Shown: positions 11,238-21,419 of the stretch, piece by piece
Position numbering within the stretch: the first letter of the stretch is position 1
Layout: the number at the start of each line of letters is the position of its first letter
NCBI GenBank assembly: GCA_965225855.1
Contig: CBDDCK010000005.1
Location: 1,408,001-1,472,000 of the forward strand
Length of the DNA: 64,000 bases
DNA from: Spirochaetia bacterium
Lineage (GTDB): Bacteria > Spirochaetota > Spirochaetia > SP-2023
Reading direction: 5' to 3'
Translations under genes and position numbers: made by a program
The notes under the pieces: generated by a model
What the model saw: the letters and a program-made list of their open reading frames with translations, nothing else
Database searches by the model: none
Told to the model about the DNA's origin: nothing

Positions 11238-12437
11238 ATGAATAAAGCAATGCAAGATTTTTTTGACCAATTACAAGCTTTAAAATTCTGGTTAGAAGGA
11301 ATTATACCTTTAGTCTTAGTGTTAGTTGCCTATTATGCAATTTTATTCATTTTACGTAAGTTATGTAGAAAAGAACAATTAGATAATAAATGGTTCCAAA
11401 CTTGGCGTAACCTAGGCGGGCTTGCCTATATTATTGCATTATATCAGCCCTTATTGCTTTTTGTTCCAGAATTGAGCCAGAGCTTAGAAAGTTTTGGCAA
11501 AGTTTTTACCAGCCCGCTATTTGACAAAGAAAATGGACTTAGCTTAATCTCTTTGCTTTTGCTTCTACCAATATTTTTTGTATCCAGCAGGCTAGCTACC
11601 GGTTTAGTCAAATTATTAGAACTCCACCTAGACCGCAATCATTTATTACAAAAGAAAATGTCGAAAGCCGATATACCTGCATTACTAACCATATTATATT
11701 ACGTTCTACTATCATTATTCTGCCTATTAGGCATTAACCTTGTCGGCATCAATTTATCTTCACTGGGTGTAATTCTTGGTGCATTGGGTTTGGGCATTGG
11801 TTTTGGTTTGCAAAATATAGCCGCTAACTTTATTTCTGGTATAACCTTATTATTAAACAGTCATATTCAATCTGGCGATTTTATCCGAACCCCCAAAGCC
11901 TTTGGCACTGTCGAGCGTGTTGGTTTGATGAATACGATTGTGCTGACCATAGAGCACGAAAATTTAATTATCCCCAACCAATATTTACTCAATGAAATTA
12001 TTGAGAACGCATCTTATGAAAACAACCGCATCGTACAGCTACATTTACCCGTAGGGGTTAGCTATGAGTCGGACTTGGACTTGGTGGTAGAGCTGTTGAA
12101 AGAAGTTTTAGAACGCAACCCTTATTTTCCAGAAAATTGGGAACAACAAAAAAATGCTCTTAGAAGCTACCAGAACAATGGCAACATCAACGGCAAAACT
12201 TGGGGCAGCAAAGGTAGCTATTGGCTCAAAGGTTTTGAAACCTCTGCGATTGAATTTGAAGTGAGAATGATGATTGAAAATATTGACGTATGCCGAGCCG
12301 CTACCCATTGGTTTTATATGGAAATCTGGCGAACCTTTAAAAAACACGGTATCATCATACCTTTCACCCAAATCGATGTTCATATATTTGACGCGAGAGA
12401 ACAACAGATACAATCTGTAACAGGCTTTGGCTTATGA
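11238..12437 (+). CDS. Small-conductance mechanosensitive channel (MscS family)
   Basis: LGALGLGIGFGLQNIAANFISG, IIPN, VGVSYESD, IIIPFTQ. Confidence 0.92.
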   Translation: MNKAMQDFFDQLQALKFWLEGIIPLVLVLVAYYAILFILRKLCRKEQLDNKWFQTWRNLGGLAYIIALYQPLLLFVPELSQSLESFGKVFTSPLFDKENGLSLISLLLLLPIFFVSSRLATGLVKLLELHLDRNHLLQKKMSKADIPALLTILYYVLLSLFCLLGINLVGINLSSLGVILGALGLGIGFGLQNIAANFISGITLLLNSHIQSGDFIRTPKAFGTVERVGLMNTIVLTIEHENLIIPNQYLLNEIIENASYENNRIVQLHLPVGVSYESDLDLVVELLKEVLERNPYFPENWEQQKNALRSYQNNGNINGKTWGSKGSYWLKGFETSAIEFEVRMMIENIDVCRAATHWFYMEIWRTFKKHGIIIPFTQIDVHIFDAREQQIQSVTGFGL

Positions 12438-12574
12438 TTGGATTGGGTTTATACTGGATTTATGATTGTTGCAGATTTTTCGCATCATAGAAAAGAGAGT
12501 CAAAAAATCTTGTCTATGTAAGCATTTTACATAAGCTATCACATTCGCAAGTTTAGGAGGGGAGGAACTAAGCA

Positions 12575-13582
12575 ATGAAAAAAGGGAATGATCAACGGAT
12601 TTTCCACTTAGGAAATATTTGGGGCAATATTATAAATATTATTTTGGGCAATATTTCTTGGGCGAGAATTATTCTGCTATGTGCATTATTATCTATACTA
12701 TGGTTGATGCCCATTATCTTTGAAGTGGTAATGCTGCATGCTTATGATATACCTACCCAGGATTATTCTGTGCGCAAAGGCGATACTCTGTATTCTTTAG
12801 CTCGGCGTTACGGTGTTTCGGTAAACGAAATTATGCGTGTCAATGAGCTAGAAAACAGCACGGATATAAAACCGGGAATGTTGCTAAAAATTCCCGCTAA
12901 AAAATTTCCCGGCCAAGGTAGGCGTTCAAAAGATAGCACAAAAAGCAGTTATAGTGCCCATGTTGTGGCTGCGGGCGAAACATTTTATGGCATTGCACGC
13001 AAGTATTCCATGTCCATTAATGAATTGTTAGAGCTCAATGGTTTAAGTTCCAATACTTTATTGAGGCGCGGCCAAAAATTGGTCGTAAAAAACACAATCC
13101 AAAAACAAGAAAATTCTGCAAAAAACAGTAGCTACCAAAGCTCTCATTTTGAAAATGTCTCTGATGAAGAATATTACTGGCCCACATCTGGCAGAAGAGA
13201 AATTTTAGAAAATAAGTTGCAAGGTGTTCGGATATTGGCTACCAACCGCAGTTTAGTGTATGCCGTCTGCGATGGTAAGGTCATGTGGAAAGGGCCATAT
13301 CGCAGCTATGGTGTGGTTGCGCTAGTGGCCAGTGCCGACGGTTATATTTATTTATATGGAGGCAATGTGCATTTCTTGGTCAATGTTGGCCAAAATATTC
13401 GTAAAGGTGAACCACTGGGGAAGGTTGATTCTAAAGTGAAAAACCAATTGGCTGGACAATCTCAAATTTACCAAGGCCATAACCAACAGCTAGCTACAGC
13501 ACAAAAATATCCTAATCAGGTTTATTTTTCTGTGTTCCGCAATGGGGAATTTATACCCATTCAAAATGCCCCAAGAAGTTAA
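12575..13582 (+). CDS. Two LysM domains plus degenerate M23-like domain
   Basis: YSVRKGDTLYSLARRYGV, HVVAAGETFYGIARKY, WP..G, V..GQ.I.KGE.LG; no HxH motif. Confidence 0.85.
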   Translation: MKKGNDQRIFHLGNIWGNIINIILGNISWARIILLCALLSILWLMPIIFEVVMLHAYDIPTQDYSVRKGDTLYSLARRYGVSVNEIMRVNELENSTDIKPGMLLKIPAKKFPGQGRRSKDSTKSSYSAHVVAAGETFYGIARKYSMSINELLELNGLSSNTLLRRGQKLVVKNTIQKQENSAKNSSYQSSHFENVSDEEYYWPTSGRREILENKLQGVRILATNRSLVYAVCDGKVMWKGPYRSYGVVALVASADGYIYLYGGNVHFLVNVGQNIRKGEPLGKVDSKVKNQLAGQSQIYQGHNQQLATAQKYPNQVYFSVFRNGEFIPIQNAPRS

Positions 13583-13608
13583 AAACAAAAAGAATTCATC
13601 ATTTGGTA

Positions 13609-14547
13609 ATGAAAAATTCACTGAAGGGCTTTTTACTGAATATTTGGAAGGGCATGGCGATCGGTGTTGCAAATATTGTTCCAGGGCTTTCTGGCAGTAC
13701 GATTGCTTTATTACTAAATATTTTTGAACGCTTATTACAAAGCATTCGAGCTATCAACATCAAAACTTTACAGTTATTTTTCTCTGGTCGCTTCCGAGAA
13801 TTCTGTTATCGCAGCGATTTTATGTTTCTACTATCGGTTTTGATTGGCATATTGTTGGGCAATGTTTTGCTGGCCCAATTGCTCAATTATCTATTTATTT
13901 ATTATCCGATATATACTTGGGCTTTCTTCTTTGGCTTAGTACTTGTTTCTATTTTTTTCGTTAGCAAACATGTTTCCTACTGGTCAAAATCATGCTGTGT
14001 GGCTATATTTTTGGGAATCGCAGTAGCCTTGGCTCTCACAGCATTTCCCCTTGCAAGTAGCAATTCTTCAGCGTGGTATCTGTTTATCTGTGGTATTATT
14101 GCCATTTGTGGCATGATTTTGCCTGGTCTATCGGGCTCTTATATTTTAATTTTATTGGGCAATTACCAATTAGTCATGATCGAAGGGCTAGGCACATTAC
14201 AAATGCATATATTGGGACCTTTTTTAGTTGGGGTTTTGTGTGGGCTTTTCAGTTTTACCCATGTTTTGGCTTTTTTACTCAAAAGATATTATAACCAAAC
14301 AATGGCCATACTTTGCGGTTTTATAGCCGGTTCCCTGCGTAGCTTATGGCCTTGGAAACAAGAGATTTTGCAAGATTTTGGCACGAAACAAAAAGTTATA
14401 GGTTATGATTATTTTATCCCTGCGTTCGATATTTCTTTTTATTTAGCCATAGTATTTTTACTACTTGGGGCCGCTATAATTGTATTTTTAGAAGCTCCCA
14501 AAGATAAAAAATCCAGAATACTTGACAAGTATAAACAATTTTCATAA
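13609..14547 (+). CDS. DUF368 family membrane protein
   Basis: KGMAIGVANIVPGLSGSTIA and MILPGLSGSYILILLGNY. Confidence 0.88.
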   Translation: MKNSLKGFLLNIWKGMAIGVANIVPGLSGSTIALLLNIFERLLQSIRAINIKTLQLFFSGRFREFCYRSDFMFLLSVLIGILLGNVLLAQLLNYLFIYYPIYTWAFFFGLVLVSIFFVSKHVSYWSKSCCVAIFLGIAVALALTAFPLASSNSSAWYLFICGIIAICGMILPGLSGSYILILLGNYQLVMIEGLGTLQMHILGPFLVGVLCGLFSFTHVLAFLLKRYYNQTMAILCGFIAGSLRSLWPWKQEILQDFGTKQKVIGYDYFIPAFDISFYLAIVFLLLGAAIIVFLEAPKDKKSRILDKYKQFS

Positions 14548-14550
14548 TCT
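14522..14550 (+). promoter_or_regulatory. Candidate sigma70 promoter overlapping the DUF368 3' end
   Basis: TTGACA-17 nt-TAATCT. Confidence 0.5.
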
Positions 14551-14633
14551 TTTACTTATGATTTTCAACCTAGGCTCAAGCGTTGCGCTTAGAACGTTTT
14601 TCTTTACCTTAAATTGAGCATTTGTTACTTATC

Positions 14634-14670
14634 AAGCCCGTAAAACTATTATTAGCTTTACGGGCTTTTT
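14634..14670 (+). terminator. Intrinsic terminator-like hairpin
   Basis: AAGCCCGTAAA/TTTACGGGCTT stem then TTT. Confidence 0.6.
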
Positions 14671-14743
14671 GCGTTCGCGCTCGTGGCTTATGTAGCTACA
14701 CAACTTACCAAAACAAAAAACAAAAAATGAAAGGAGCACTATT

Positions 14744-15899
14744 ATGAAAAAGTACCTACATAAACCAGCTTGGACTGGTACATTCTTAGACATGTTTACC
14801 CTTTGTGCCATGGGCTTGTTGCAACCCGCCAGAAGAAAGTAACGACGGTGGCGGTTATACACCGATTGATACAGCTTCCATCATGGTAAACCTCTCACCA
14901 GACTATATGGCTGTGCAATGAGTCATAGGATATATTGGGTACACAAAACAACTAACGCAGCTTATAAATTTGATTTAGGTTATGCATTTATCAATAATAG
15001 TTATAGCTCCCATGACCTAATCAAAGATACAAGGAGGCAAAGTATATTCCAGTAGATAAAAATGGGAATATCTATAGTGCTTATTTAACAGTCGATGTCC
15101 GTAACTCAGGCGATGTTAATATCCAACAGATTGGGCACCCAGAATATAGATTCGGTAGTGCCTACTCCTCCCGTGAAAATCAATTTATATGGGCTGCGGA
15201 TACAGATGGCAATAGCATTTAATAGGCACACACAACGAAAATCAAAAGGACAAGCGCTTTCTCTTTAGGAATGGCGCAACCGGTCAGTTTACCAATACTA
15301 CCGGCGAAAGATGGCTTTAAGCCCATGCTATTGCTTACCAGCCCCGATGGCAAACTCTATAGCCTATCTAAGAAAAGGAAAGATGGTTACAGTAATTATT
15401 TTGTACACCAAATTATCCTAGAAGGTGGCAAGCCGGTGGTAAAGAAAATACACAAACAATCTTTGAATAGATATTTAGGGTCATCACAGTGAAAAATGAT
15501 GCGTTTTAAAGATGAAGTTATTGTTTATAAAGGGTTTTGGTGATCACTATGGTGGTTTTATCCTGAAGGTCTATAACTGACTGGAATATCCCTGTAACAG
15601 GCTTAACCTCTAAATATCAAAACAATGGTGAGCATATCTTTACTTTAACTGATAGTGCCATTATCAAGATTGATCGGCTAACGGGTAGCAAGACTACAGT
15701 CTATAGCAAAAACAGCAGTGATAGCCTCGATTCCTTTGATATTTTGAATGATGGCACAATCTATTTTAGTGGCACAGACTGGCCGAACAACGATGGTGCT
15801 AAGATTATTGGCAAAGTCAACCCTACAACAGGCAAGGTAGAAACAATAGTCAAAGGCCTTAAAGAAAATATTTCTATATCCCTTACCTGCGCAAACTAA
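14744..15899 (+). pseudogene. Fragmented exported/lipoprotein gene, beta-propeller-like C-terminus
   Basis: AAGGAG RBS + MKKYLHK start, broken by stops and frameshifts; coherent pieces at 15271-15492 and ~15612-15899 (IFTLTDSAIIKIDRLTG...GTIYFSG...IIGKVNPTTGKVETI). Confidence 0.55.
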
Positions 15900-16042
15900 A
15901 ACCATAGCTTGCTTGGTACTTACAAGGTTTAGTACCAATCGCACTGAACCTTGTAAACTATCAATCTACCCGCCCTGCTTGATTTTTGTTGGAGTATTGA
16001 GTAAGCTTATTACTATAAACAAAAATAGGTTGGTAGCAAGTT

Positions 16043-16103
16043 ACTACCAAATTGGTAGTGGAATAATACTAGGTTAGTAAACTACTACCAATTTGGTAGT
16101 AGT
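16043..16103. repeat. Two palindromic boxes in direct repeat
   Basis: ACTACCAA-A-TTGGTAGT and ACTACTACCAA-T-TTGGTAGTAGT, each followed by GAATAAT..CTAG. Confidence 0.8.
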
Positions 16104-16245
16104 GAATAATCTAGTTGTTGTAGCCGAGTTTTTATAACATTATAATTTAGCGGGCCTTGTGAGCAATTACCTTTATTTTACATTACTACTATATTGGGTA
16201 TAATCTTATTTATAATCCTTATATCCTTATAAAGGAGCCAATAAA

Positions 16246-16434
16246 ATGACCGACCAAGAATTCAAAGACTTAGTAGTGGGCTTAGCCATTGCCCAAGTCT
16301 AGACCGATAGACAGATAAAACAGCTATGAGCTTTGCAAGGCTAGACCAATAGACAGCTCAAACAGCTAAGAGCTTTGCAAGCTAAGGTTTAAAACCAGAT
16401 TAGAGAGCTGAAAATATATATCGAAGCCGTGTAG
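16246..16434 (+). pseudogene. Remnant of a coiled-coil DUF3782-type (PD-(D/E)XK-associated) gene
   Basis: AAGGAG + MTDQEFKDLVVGLAIAQV*TDRQIKQL*ALQG*TNRQLKQLRALQ; in-frame stops, 42-bp repeat. Confidence 0.5.
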
Positions 16435-16633
16435 AGAGTTGCTTGTTGACCTATATAGGATATAAATAGGATTCCAATCAATAACACCTAGGATTAGCTT
16501 ACTCTTTATTTAATACTAATACATAACTTAGTCTATAGCTATCGAACATGGGAGCAATAATTGCGCTAGAAAAAAACATTTTAAGCCGTAACTTGCTTCC
16601 CTAGTGAGAGACAATTCTCTATAATGCTGACCT

Positions 16634-17470
16634 ATGTTTGGTTTTCAACTCACTAAATGGTTCTGGACCCTGTGGGACAATCTATTGACCATAGTACTAC
16701 TAAACTTAGCCTCCCTTGCTACCTTAGGCGCAGCATTATATCTATTGATAGACCTGCTAGTCCACTTGACACCTAGCCTATTTGCCACCAGTCTGATTCT
16801 AGTAAGTAGCTTTAGCATGCTATTTTTGTACACTCTATTCTTGCACCTCTGTGCTCTAATTAATTATTCCATAGTTAAGAATCAAAGTAAAGACTGGAAG
16901 GCTTGCTTGCGCAAAACCCTTTCCAAGCGCAGCCTGTTTGCAGTCCTACTAGCAGACCTACTCTGGGTTAGCCTATTGGGCCTCTACTACATTAGCTGGA
17001 ATTTTTATAGCCAACAGAGCAACATATTGAGCCTATTGGCCCTAGGAATCATGTTCTGGTTAGGAATATTCTTCCTATTAGCCAACGGCTTTTACCTACC
17101 CCTATTAGTCCGCGAACAATTTGCCTTTAAAGAGGCATTCAAACGCAGCATTCTCATCTGTTTAGACAATCTATTGCTAGCCTTGCTACTAGCCTTAGCC
17201 TGCCTGCTATTGACGGCTGTATCGGTTATCCCACCATTTATGATATTGTTTGGCGCAGTTGGGCAAAGCCTATGGTATGAAGTGAGTATCCGAATCCTAT
17301 ACTATAAATACCAATATATACAACAATTGAGCCAAGAAACTCAAGAAAGGCTAGAAGGCCAGAACAACCATAAAAAGCTTGCCATACCTTGGCGGGCTCT
17401 ACTGCGCGAAGAGCGCGAACAAATCGGCCCAAGGAGCTTACGCAACCTAATCTTTCCATGGAAGGACTAA
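16634..17470 (+). CDS. Integral membrane protein (DUF624/YesL-like)
   Basis: Five to six hydrophobic segments; WDNLL..VLLNL; C-terminal GPRSLRNLIFPWKD. Confidence 0.65.
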   Translation: MFGFQLTKWFWTLWDNLLTIVLLNLASLATLGAALYLLIDLLVHLTPSLFATSLILVSSFSMLFLYTLFLHLCALINYSIVKNQSKDWKACLRKTLSKRSLFAVLLADLLWVSLLGLYYISWNFYSQQSNILSLLALGIMFWLGIFFLLANGFYLPLLVREQFAFKEAFKRSILICLDNLLLALLLALACLLLTAVSVIPPFMILFGAVGQSLWYEVSIRILYYKYQYIQQLSQETQERLEGQNNHKKLAIPWRALLREEREQIGPRSLRNLIFPWKD

Positions 17471-17483
17471 GGAAAGCCATTAC

Positions 17484-18443
17484 ATGCACATCTGGCAATC
17501 GAAAGACTTAGAGCAAATGCTACACCCCAATGATTGGCTAAGCCTACAAAGCCAAGTCTATGAACGGTTTCCCCCAATGAAGCCAATAGCCACACAAGTA
17601 AAGTCAAAACTAAGCCTTTTGCCAAACGTACGCGGCGTACTATTTGACATTTACGGCACCCTACTCATATCCGATTCTGGCGAACTTTCCACTGCAAGAG
17701 AACTACAAGAGCAGAATGGCTCAAGTGGACGAGAACACCTAGCCTTAGATATTCTACCCCAACACTTGCGCACATCGCTACCAGAAGGCTTTACACCCAC
17801 CAAAGAACTAAAAAGGCATATTATAGAGCAGCACAACAAGCTTAAAAGCCCAGCCATACAATATCCTGAAGTAGATATAATCGCCATATGGCACCAAATA
17901 TTTTTAGAACAGCTACCCAAAGATATGCACCATCACCTAAGCCCCTTACTGCTAGCACGCTTCGCACTGGAATACGAACTACTGTATAACCGCACCCAGC
18001 TGATGCCCGGCTGCTTAGAGCTAATCAAGTGGTTGTTTACTCGGGACTTTTACCTTGGTATCATTTCTAATGCCCAATTCTACACACCCATTATCCTAGC
18101 CACTCTATTTAGCCTGCGCAACCTAAAGGACTTACATATCAAGCCCAACTTGTGTTTTTGGTCCTATCGCTATGGTTACAGCAAACCCCAACCACAGCTA
18201 TTCCAACACGCATGCAAGGCCTTAGCAAAGCATAACCTAGAACCCAGTGAAGTACTCTATATAGGCAATGATATGCGTAACGATGTCTGGGCTGCAGCCC
18301 AAGCTGGCTTTCAAACCGCACTATTTGCCGGTGACCAACGGTCTTTGCGTTTGCGCTTAGATATACAAGAAGTGGCCGATACACAACCCAATCTAATTGT
18401 TACCGAACTGAGGCAGCTCAAAAGCGTTTTGTCACTAGAATGA
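17484..18443 (+). CDS. HAD-superfamily hydrolase
   Basis: LFDIYGTL, ISNAQFYT, SKP, YIGNDMRND. Confidence 0.9.
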   Translation: MHIWQSKDLEQMLHPNDWLSLQSQVYERFPPMKPIATQVKSKLSLLPNVRGVLFDIYGTLLISDSGELSTARELQEQNGSSGREHLALDILPQHLRTSLPEGFTPTKELKRHIIEQHNKLKSPAIQYPEVDIIAIWHQIFLEQLPKDMHHHLSPLLLARFALEYELLYNRTQLMPGCLELIKWLFTRDFYLGIISNAQFYTPIILATLFSLRNLKDLHIKPNLCFWSYRYGYSKPQPQLFQHACKALAKHNLEPSEVLYIGNDMRNDVWAAAQAGFQTALFAGDQRSLRLRLDIQEVADTQPNLIVTELRQLKSVLSLE

Positions 18444-18515
18444 ATAAACTAGGCTTGCCATAGATAGCCCCCTAAGTTATGCTGCAACAGCTACATTTAC
18501 AAGATAGGAATACCG

Positions 18516-19211
18516 ATGCTTTTTAATCAGGAAGATGAGGGGCTGGTACAAGAGTTTATTGCCGAACTGCGCAATATGAACTTGACCGTTGAAAACTTGG
18601 TTCAAGACTATGATCGCTTGATCGCTCTTTATGATATATCTTTCTTTTTTCGTATCTATCTACGCAGTTGTGCCCAAACCCTGCACGATCGCATTCTTGA
18701 GGAAAGCCATAATTCATTGATAGCAACACGTTATACTCAATTCTTTGAGTCGGAACTAACCACTATGCCCCGCATGATCTATTTGTTCCAAAGTGCCTAC
18801 GGTAGCCGTTTTGTGCGCAGCGTCTACCAAGCAGCTTACTTGACATTTATCGAACGCCAGCAACAAGCTACCGAATTCCTCAAAAAATCAGTAGCTGAAC
18901 ACGACAAGTTTGGCTTCTTTCGCAAAACAATCATTACCATTGAAGAAAGCCAATTGATTGAAGAGCCCAACAAAAAGGTATTGAATCCTCGGGTTAAGGG
19001 CAAACCACACAACCGGCCGATAGAGCAAAATAACTTACAAGTACAAGCCAATTTAACCAAGCCACAGAGTATAGATGCTCTCGAAAAACCACCTACCACA
19101 AAGGAAACTAGCGGGATATTAGAGCATAGACTCGGTAGTTTAGCCAACCATATCAGCTCGGAACTAAATACCGGCGATGACTTGGATGATGATTATCACT
19201 ATGATTTCTAG
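18516..19211 (+). CDS. Hypothetical protein
   Basis: 231-aa ORF with AGGA RBS; no recognised motif. Confidence 0.65.
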   Translation: MLFNQEDEGLVQEFIAELRNMNLTVENLVQDYDRLIALYDISFFFRIYLRSCAQTLHDRILEESHNSLIATRYTQFFESELTTMPRMIYLFQSAYGSRFVRSVYQAAYLTFIERQQQATEFLKKSVAEHDKFGFFRKTIITIEESQLIEEPNKKVLNPRVKGKPHNRPIEQNNLQVQANLTKPQSIDALEKPPTTKETSGILEHRLGSLANHISSELNTGDDLDDDYHYDF

Positions 19212-19259
19212 CCTTTTAGCTGCTAAGCCAAAATCCGTTACCATTGCCATAAAAAAGGC

Positions 19260-19288
19260 TTGACACGATTATTTGATTGCGATAGATT
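19260..19288 (+). promoter_or_regulatory. Promoter for tRNA-Arg/Ser
   Basis: TTGACA-17 nt-TAGATT. Confidence 0.65.
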
Positions 19289-19328
19289 CTGATCTACAAT
19301 TTGTAACAATCTATATGTTTTATTCTTT

Positions 19329-19402
19329 GTACCCATAGCTCAGCTGGATAGAGTGTCAGATTGCGGTTCTGAAGGTCGGTGGTTCGAATCCACTTGGGTA
19401 CG
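19329..19402 (+). tRNA. tRNA-Arg(GCG)
   Basis: GTACCCATAGCTCAG...; arm TCAGA-TTGCGGT-TCTGA; GGTTCGAATCC. Confidence 0.93.
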
Positions 19403-19423
19403 TTATTAGCTTAATTAAACTTA

Positions 19424-19510
19424 GGAGAGGTGTCCGAGTGGCTTAAGGAGCACGCTTGGAAAGCGTGTGTATCAGCAATGGTACCGAGGGTTCGAATCCC
19501 TCTCTCTCCG
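19424..19510 (+). tRNA. tRNA-Ser(GGA)
   Basis: GGAGAGGTGTCCGAGTGG...; arm CACGC-TTGGAAA-GCGTG; long variable arm. Confidence 0.95.
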
Positions 19511-19573
19511 TTACATTTTGTAAACTAATTAGTTGTATAAAACCTTACTATAGCGAATTGTTGATAAACGATT

Positions 19574-19616
19574 GTAAATTTGCACGCAAAATGAAACGAC
19601 TTGCGTGCAAATTTAC
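19574..19616. terminator. 16-bp stem between convergent tRNA and lipoprotein A
   Basis: GTAAATTTGCACGCAA / TTGCGTGCAAATTTAC. Confidence 0.7.
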
Positions 19617-19655
19617 TTACTTTTTAGCTTGGTTACCGTAACAACCAAACCCTAC

Positions 19656-21419
19656 TTAATAATTTACAACTTGAATAGCATTGGTTGGGTATGCTAAACC
19701 ACCAATTACAAATCCTGCTGCTACTTCAAGGTTGTATGCACCATTATTATCACTTTTACCAACCTTAACCAGTATCTTCTCGGCTTCCGCTCTTACACTA
19801 CCGCTTAAAGTAATAAATAATCTGCGTCTATTTACCCCCATAGAACCTGTGGCTGTGTTTTCACCTGCAGTTGCGTGCTGGGGTAATGTGTATCTCTTAT
19901 TACCATCACCGGATACAATCGTCAATTTGCTAAAGTCCCACTCTGCAACTACTCTCGGTAAATTGGCACCCTCAATCAATAATATGCCTTCAATAGTAGA
20001 GTAGAGTACGGAGCCGATCTTGCTTATGTAGCCACTAACGGTAATAGGGTTATTGCTTGTGTCTTCAGTGCTACCACCGGCAAAGCCTGCTGCTGCTTCC
20101 AGGTTGTATGCACCAGTATCATCACTATCACCATTCTTAAACAGTATCTTCCCGGCTTTCCTTTTTTCACTACCCCCTAAAGTAATCGTTAAGCTTGTTG
20201 CACTTGCACGAGAACCTGTGGCAAAGCTTATAATAGTTCGATATGCGCCTCCATATCGGTTGTGCCGGAATAATGGGGCACTCTTATCACCATTACCTGC
20301 GACAAACCTCAATTTGGTGAAGTCCCAGCCCCACACTGTTGACGGTAAATTGACACCTGTAATCACTAACACGCCTGTAGCAGCATTGTAGGTTGCACGG
20401 GTAATTGTGGGTGCGGGGTTTCCACTAACGGCCAAGGCTTTGGCTGTATCTAAACCCGCCCAAGCACCAGTGCTAGTAAGCAACCCATCTTTTAGACCAT
20501 TGCTATCCATACCGTCCTTGCCATTCAGAGTAGCTTTATGTGGATCGGTAAGTTTCAGCCAAAGTGCTGTGCCATCGCTTTTAATACGGTACTTACCTTT
20601 TGCAAGACCACGACTATCTGACCCAGTAGCTGTGCCATCTGCAGTATAGGAACTTAAGGCTAAGCCATCTACCGTAATGGTTTGGATTTGCGCTTGGGTC
20701 GCAGTTGTAGCACTTAAGTAAGTACCTTGTACGGTTAACAGCGCCGTGCCAACATGGTAGGTTGCATGGGTAATTGCAGCTTTAGGCGACTCCTCTTCGA
20801 CTTGTTCGACTTGTTTGTCTTTAGGTTGCTTAGGCGACTCTTCTTCAGCTTGTTCGACTTGTTTGTCTTTAGGTTGCTTAGGCGATTCATCATCGACTTC
20901 TTCGGTTTGTTCGGCTTCGGGTAACTTACGCGACTCTTCTTCGGTTTCGGTCTTAGACTGCTTACCGGGTACATTCTGAACGACCAAGTCTTTGGCTGTA
21001 TTTAAACCCGCCCAAGCACCAGAGCTAGTAAGCAACCCTTTTTTTAGACCATCGCTACCCACCTTGGCCTCAAGAGCAGCTTTATGTTCATCTTTAAGTT
21101 TCAGCCAAAGCTTTGTGCCATCGGTTGCAATACGGTACTTACCTTCTGCCAGACCGCTACTATCTGGCCCAGTGGCTGGGTCATCTGCAGTATAGGAATC
21201 TAAAGCTACGCCATCTACTACGATGGTTTGGATTTGGGCTTCTGTAGGGCTTAAGTTAGAACCTTGTACGGTTAAGATAGCCGTGCCAACATCGTAGATG
21301 GCCTTATTGATAGTCGGCCCAGAAGATGGCGCATCATCGTCATCGGGTGGGGCGCAGGCAAAGGCCATAAAGGCCAGTAGCCAGGCTACAGGCAATAAAA
21401 GTAGTTTGTGCTTATACAT
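19656..21419 (-). CDS. Surface lipoprotein A with tandem beta-rich (Ig/IPT-like) repeats and a Q/E/K/P linker
   Basis: GGAGG RBS; signal peptide with lipobox AFAC; two type-1 and two type-2 repeats (IT.ATY...GVLVITG..WDF.KL..YNLEAAAGF); paralog of 42267-44345. Confidence 0.85.
   Translation of the reverse strand: MYKHKLLLLPVAWLLAFMAFACAPPDDDDAPSSGPTINKAIYDVGTAILTVQGSNLSPTEAQIQTIVVDGVALDSYTADDPATGPDSSGLAEGKYRIATDGTKLWLKLKDEHKAALEAKVGSDGLKKGLLTSSGAWAGLNTAKDLVVQNVPGKQSKTETEEESRKLPEAEQTEEVDDESPKQPKDKQVEQAEEESPKQPKDKQVEQVEEESPKAAITHATYHVGTALLTVQGTYLSATTATQAQIQTITVDGLALSSYTADGTATGSDSRGLAKGKYRIKSDGTALWLKLTDPHKATLNGKDGMDSNGLKDGLLTSTGAWAGLDTAKALAVSGNPAPTITRATYNAATGVLVITGVNLPSTVWGWDFTKLRFVAGNGDKSAPLFRHNRYGGAYRTIISFATGSRASATSLTITLGGSEKRKAGKILFKNGDSDDTGAYNLEAAAGFAGGSTEDTSNNPITVSGYISKIGSVLYSTIEGILLIEGANLPRVVAEWDFSKLTIVSGDGNKRYTLPQHATAGENTATGSMGVNRRRLFITLSGSVRAEAEKILVKVGKSDNNGAYNLEVAAGFVIGGLAYPTNAIQVVNY

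Noticed and set aside
19424..19510. tRNA-Ser as att site of a classical integrative island
   Set aside because: Accessory DNA does begin here, but I found no integrase and no duplicated tRNA 3' end in the window
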